A DNA stretch of 64,000 nucleotides from Deltaproteobacteria bacterium TL4 (GTDB lineage Bacteria; SAR324; NAC60-12). Below the pieces are notes generated by a model that had not been told where the DNA came from, did no database searches, and was given only the letters and a program-made list of their open reading frames with translations. This document shows positions 60,177 to 64,000 of this stretch, piece after piece. The stretch's first letter is position 1. The number at the start of each line of letters is the position of its first letter. The position numbers and the translations under genes were made by a program. The stretch covers positions 1-64,000 of the forward strand of contig JBBCAX010000253.1 of the NCBI GenBank assembly GCA_051382335.1, read 5' to 3'.

Positions 60177-60914
60177 TCAAAACATTCCACCATTGACGTG
60201 TAATACTGTGCCGGAAATATAAGTGCTTTTACTTGAAACCAGAAATTCAACCGCATTGGCGATATCTTCAACGGTTCCTATGCGTTTTAAGGGAATTTGC
60301 TTTAGCAATTCTTCATGTGTTTTTTCATTCAGCCCTTGAGTCATATCCGTTTCGATGTAACCTGGAGCAACGGCATTACAGGTAATATTTCTACTTCCCA
60401 GTTCTTTTGCGACAGATTTTGTAAAACCAATAATTCCCGCTTTGGTGGTACTATAGTTTGCTTGTCCGGGGTTCCCTGTAAATCCAACGACTGAGGACAA
60501 GTTCACAATTCGACCGTAGCGTTGTTTGACCATTGTTTTTATGACAGCACGAGTCACATGATACATCCCATTGAGGTTAACTTCGATCACGGCATTCCAT
60601 TCTTCAAGCTTCATCCTCATTAACAGATTATCCTGGGTGATGCCTGCATTATTCACTAAAATGTCAATTCGCCCAAAGCGTTCCAACGCCTGAGAAATCA
60701 TTTCATTAACAGCTACTGAGTTGGAGACATCGACACTAAAAGCTAAGGCTTTTCGCCCTAAAGATTCAATAGCTGCTACAACAGGAAGAGCGTCTCCTTG
60801 GGTTCTATTCGTAATAATAATATCCGCACCGGCTTCCGCTAACTTGAGAGCAATCGCCTTCCCGATTCCGCGACTGGCTCCCGTAACCAAGGCGACACGA
60901 TCTTGTAAATCCAT
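60177..60914 (-). CDS. fabG: 3-oxoacyl-ACP reductase
   Basis: TGASRGIG, NNAGITQD, GNPGQANYSTTKAG, VNGGM. Confidence 0.93.
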   Translation of the reverse strand: MDLQDRVALVTGASRGIGKAIALKLAEAGADIIITNRTQGDALPVVAAIESLGRKALAFSVDVSNSVAVNEMISQALERFGRIDILVNNAGITQDNLLMRMKLEEWNAVIEVNLNGMYHVTRAVIKTMVKQRYGRIVNLSSVVGFTGNPGQANYSTTKAGIIGFTKSVAKELGSRNITCNAVAPGYIETDMTQGLNEKTHEELLKQIPLKRIGTVEDIANAVEFLVSSKSTYISGTVLHVNGGMF

Positions 60915-61010
60915 AATAGTCCTCAACTCAATAAGCGGTATGTCCTTGCGGATTGTAACGGGGTGCCCTCTGGCCAAGTGATATGGTTCAGCATGGTTGT
61001 GGTCGAATTG

Positions 61011-62267
61011 TTATCGAATTTTGAAGTAAACAATAACGGCAATCACAAACAACCAGATCGACTTGAGATGGATATGCCAAATAACACGACTATTCACATC
61101 CACGGGATTCGACAACTTTTCTTCATCTTTTAAAGCACCAATCCCCAGTTTGCTCAATACGGACAACCAAATGGAGATGACTTCAGGCTTTTTTTCGGAA
61201 TAAGTCCATAGTTTTTGTAAATGATGGTGATAAGGCGAGCGCAGAAAAAAACGATATCGTTCCGCAACAGGGCGTCCTTTCGTCCATAAAATAATTTTAA
61301 ACACACCTTGCTGAATCATGGTGGATAAGACGGAAATGACAAAAACCCCGCCAACAATTGGAAGAAACAATTCGGCTTTGACAAAAATAAACATGGTTGA
61401 AATCGTACTCCCCAAGGCTAAAGCGCCCAGGTCTCCCATATAAATGGACGCCGGAGGGGCATTGTATTTTAGAAAGGTAAATCCCGCACTTAAAATGGCC
61501 ATGGCCAACACACTCAATTCTTTGGTATCATACGTCAATTCTGGAATTTTCAAACGGTTTGCCCAATCGACATCGCCACCGATATACGCGACCGCGGCAA
61601 CAAACAACGCACAGGTCATCAACGGAACAGTCGCTAAAGAATCCATTCCATCCGTCAAGTTAACAGCATTGGCGCCACCCACTATCACAATGACCATAAA
61701 AGGAATAAACAAATACTTGGGAAGGTAGGGGTACCAAGCTTTCAAGGGCACAAAAGGAACAACAAGGTGTCCGTCAATATCGATATAAAGATACAGAACC
61801 AAAACCACGACAAGGGCGACACCCAATTCAGCGAGCAGTCGCATTCGACCACTAATGCCATCCGCTTTATCACTATAGGATTTGCGCCTTTCCTGCCCGG
61901 ACTCGATACACCGCTTATGATAAACTTTGGCAACATCGTCAACCGCACCAATGACTCCAAAAGAAACCATGATCGTGAGTAAAGCCACCACATATTGATT
62001 CAGGTTGCACCAGAGTAGAGTCGCGATGAAAATCGCAATGATCAGAACACCACCACCCATGATAGGTGTTGCGCCAGTATAGGGCTTGGAATCAGGAATT
62101 GCTGCGGTAAAATCGGAAGTAATGCCTTGACGTCGAAAGAGACTGATGACCTTGGGCATTAAGAAGAGGATGATCAGATAAGCGGTAAGGAAAGTCATCC
62201 CTCCACGGAACAAGACCGACTTAAATACCTGATAGTGCCAAATTGAATACAACAGAGCCGCTAACAT
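61011..62267 (-). CDS. mraY: Phospho-MurNAc-pentapeptide transferase, divergent
   Basis: TPIMGG, DD, NAVNLTDG.D, YMGDLG, PYHHH. Confidence 0.82.
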   Translation of the reverse strand: MLAALLYSIWHYQVFKSVLFRGGMTFLTAYLIILFLMPKVISLFRRQGITSDFTAAIPDSKPYTGATPIMGGGVLIIAIFIATLLWCNLNQYVVALLTIMVSFGVIGAVDDVAKVYHKRCIESGQERRKSYSDKADGISGRMRLLAELGVALVVVLVLYLYIDIDGHLVVPFVPLKAWYPYLPKYLFIPFMVIVIVGGANAVNLTDGMDSLATVPLMTCALFVAAVAYIGGDVDWANRLKIPELTYDTKELSVLAMAILSAGFTFLKYNAPPASIYMGDLGALALGSTISTMFIFVKAELFLPIVGGVFVISVLSTMIQQGVFKIILWTKGRPVAERYRFFLRSPYHHHLQKLWTYSEKKPEVISIWLSVLSKLGIGALKDEEKLSNPVDVNSRVIWHIHLKSIWLFVIAVIVYFKIR

Positions 62268-62390
62268 AATTTTTTTTTATGGAAGAATAGTAAAACTGAT
62301 CGCTGACAGCCCTGTTTTCAGTCAAGTAATGGGAGATAAACCAAGGGAACATCCCCAATGAAAAAGCCGGCATTCTCTGCCCGCCATTCA

Positions 62391-62969
62391 TCAGATTGTC
62401 ATCATTTCATCTACTTTTTTGGAAATAATGCCATCAACAGACTCGATGTGCTTATCCGTAAGTTCCTGAATTTTCTGTAGTGCGATTTTTTCGTCATCCT
62501 TGGAAAGATGTTTATCTTTTTCCAGTTTTTTCAAACTTTCATTCCCCTCTCTCCGTGCATTCCGAATAGCAATCTTACAATCCTCCCCAATTTTTTTGAT
62601 TTGCTTCACCATGTCTTTTCGGCGATCCTCAGTCAGTGGAGGCATCACGGCACGGATCAGATTTCCGTCATTACTGACACTTAAGTCCAAGTTTGCTTTC
62701 AAAATCGCTCTTTCGATTTCTTTAAGCATACTTTTTTCCCAAGGATTGATCGCTATCATCTGAGGTTCAGGGGTTGAGAGCGTTCCGACCTGGGAAACAG
62801 GGGTCAGCTTTCCGTAATAATCCACCTTGATATGCTCCAAAATCGCGGGAGTCAAACGTCCAGCATGAATATTACTGAAATTTTTTCTCAAGACCTCTAC
62901 CGATTGATCCATTTTGAGTTCAGTATCCAAATAAACATCGTCTATGCTTTCTTCATTCATATGCTTCAA
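62391..62969 (-). CDS. frr: Ribosome recycling factor
   Basis: VDYYG, NDG.LIR..PPLTEDRRK, IRNARR. Confidence 0.96.
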   Translation of the reverse strand: MKHMNEESIDDVYLDTELKMDQSVEVLRKNFSNIHAGRLTPAILEHIKVDYYGKLTPVSQVGTLSTPEPQMIAINPWEKSMLKEIERAILKANLDLSVSNDGNLIRAVMPPLTEDRRKDMVKQIKKIGEDCKIAIRNARREGNESLKKLEKDKHLSKDDEKIALQKIQELTDKHIESVDGIISKKVDEMMTI

Positions 62970-63685
62970 TTGATTATAGTTCCAATAGTTTCACCACAAA
63001 CGGCTTTCAAGATGGAATCCGTTTGATGTAAGTCCAAGACCAGAATGGGCAAATTATTATCTTTGCAAAAAGCAATCGCCGTCAAATCCATGACTTTCAA
63101 TTCTCGTTCCAAAACTTCAGAATAAGAAAGTTTTGAATAACGAATCGCATCTGGATAGATCATGGGATCTTTATCATAAACCCCATCAGTTTTAGTTGCT
63201 TTGATCACAATCTCTGCGCCAATTTCTGAGGCACGCAACACGGCAGCCGTATCGGTTGTGAAAAAAGGATTGCCTGTACCCGCGGCAAAGATAACGATTC
63301 GCTCCTTCTCCAAGTGCCGATCGGCACGTCGTTTGATGTAAGGTTCCGCAATCGCGCTCAAGGCTAACGCCGTCATGACCCGAGTCACCATTCCTTTTTG
63401 TTCCAGCATTTCTTGAAGACAAATACTATTGATAACGGTGGCCAACATTCCCATGTAATCACCAGGAACACGACCTATATAGCCACCTGAAGAGCGTGCG
63501 CCCCTAAAAATATTACCACCACCCACAACAATGCCTACTTCAACCCCTAATTGATGAACCGCAATCACGTTATCGGCAATGCCCTGAATCACTTCGTAAT
63601 CAAACCCTACACCATTCACTCCCCCGAGAGTTTCACCACTTAACTTTAATAAGATGCGTTTATATTTTGGTTTCAAATTTTTCAA
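62966..63685 (-). CDS. pyrH: UMP kinase
   Basis: LLKLSGE, GGGNIFRG, GTGNPFFTTD, VMD. Confidence 0.97.
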   Translation of the reverse strand: MKNLKPKYKRILLKLSGETLGGVNGVGFDYEVIQGIADNVIAVHQLGVEVGIVVGGGNIFRGARSSGGYIGRVPGDYMGMLATVINSICLQEMLEQKGMVTRVMTALALSAIAEPYIKRRADRHLEKERIVIFAAGTGNPFFTTDTAAVLRASEIGAEIVIKATKTDGVYDKDPMIYPDAIRYSKLSYSEVLERELKVMDLTAIAFCKDNNLPILVLDLHQTDSILKAVCGETIGTIIN

Positions 63686-64000
63686 AACTGAAATTTTACA
63701 AATTGATCCAAGGAGACGTGTTGTCCTAAATCCTTGGAAATTGATTGTACGAGTTGCTCGATGGTTTGGTCAGGATTCTTCACAAAGGGTTGTGTGAGAA
63801 CACAAACTTCTTTCAGGTATCGCTGAATTCTGCCTTCGGCCATTTTTTCAATGATATTAGCAGGCTTCCCTGATTCCTGGGCTTGGGCCAAAATAATTTC
63901 CCGTTCTTTTTGAAGAACGCTCTGATCCATATCTTCCGGACCAATCGCTTGTACCGTAGATGCGGCAATATGCATTGCGATATCTTTTGCCAATTGCTCC
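63682..64000 (-). CDS. tsf: Elongation factor Ts, 3' part (runs off window)
   Basis: DIAMHIAA, GKPANIIEKM, QPFVKNPD. Confidence 0.95.
   Translation of the reverse strand, partial: EQLAKDIAMHIAASTVQAIGPEDMDQSVLQKEREIILAQAQESGKPANIIEKMAEGRIQRYLKEVCVLTQPFVKNPDQTIEQLVQSISKDLGQHVSLDQFVKFQF

Overview
Bacterial chromosomal window, moderately AT-rich; gene content suggests a Gram-negative deltaproteobacteria-like organism, but taxonomy is only an impression. Housekeeping genes (pfkA, mce, galE, eda, rseP-dxr-cdsA-uppS, nadCBA, fabG, a divergent mraY, frr-pyrH-tsf) are interleaved with accessory loci. These are: an uncharacterised glycyl-radical enzyme operon (GRE, activase, tandem PNPOx-like protein); a ~2100-aa AsmA-family protein built of six repeats; a kinase/AAA/GAF/PP2C protein; a Phd/ParE-like toxin-antitoxin pair; a haem-motif sensor kinase, receiver-GcvH fusion, pentahaem cytochrome, FeS protein and NrfD operon; and an FGE-type lipoprotein whose 3' end looks like a DGR variable region. 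Intergenic DNA carries decayed IS elements and at least six unrelated MITE types, each carrying a REP-like palindrome pair, some nested several layers deep. No rRNA, tRNA, CRISPR array, reverse transcriptase or intact transposase was seen. All calls come from reading motifs by eye; no database search was run.
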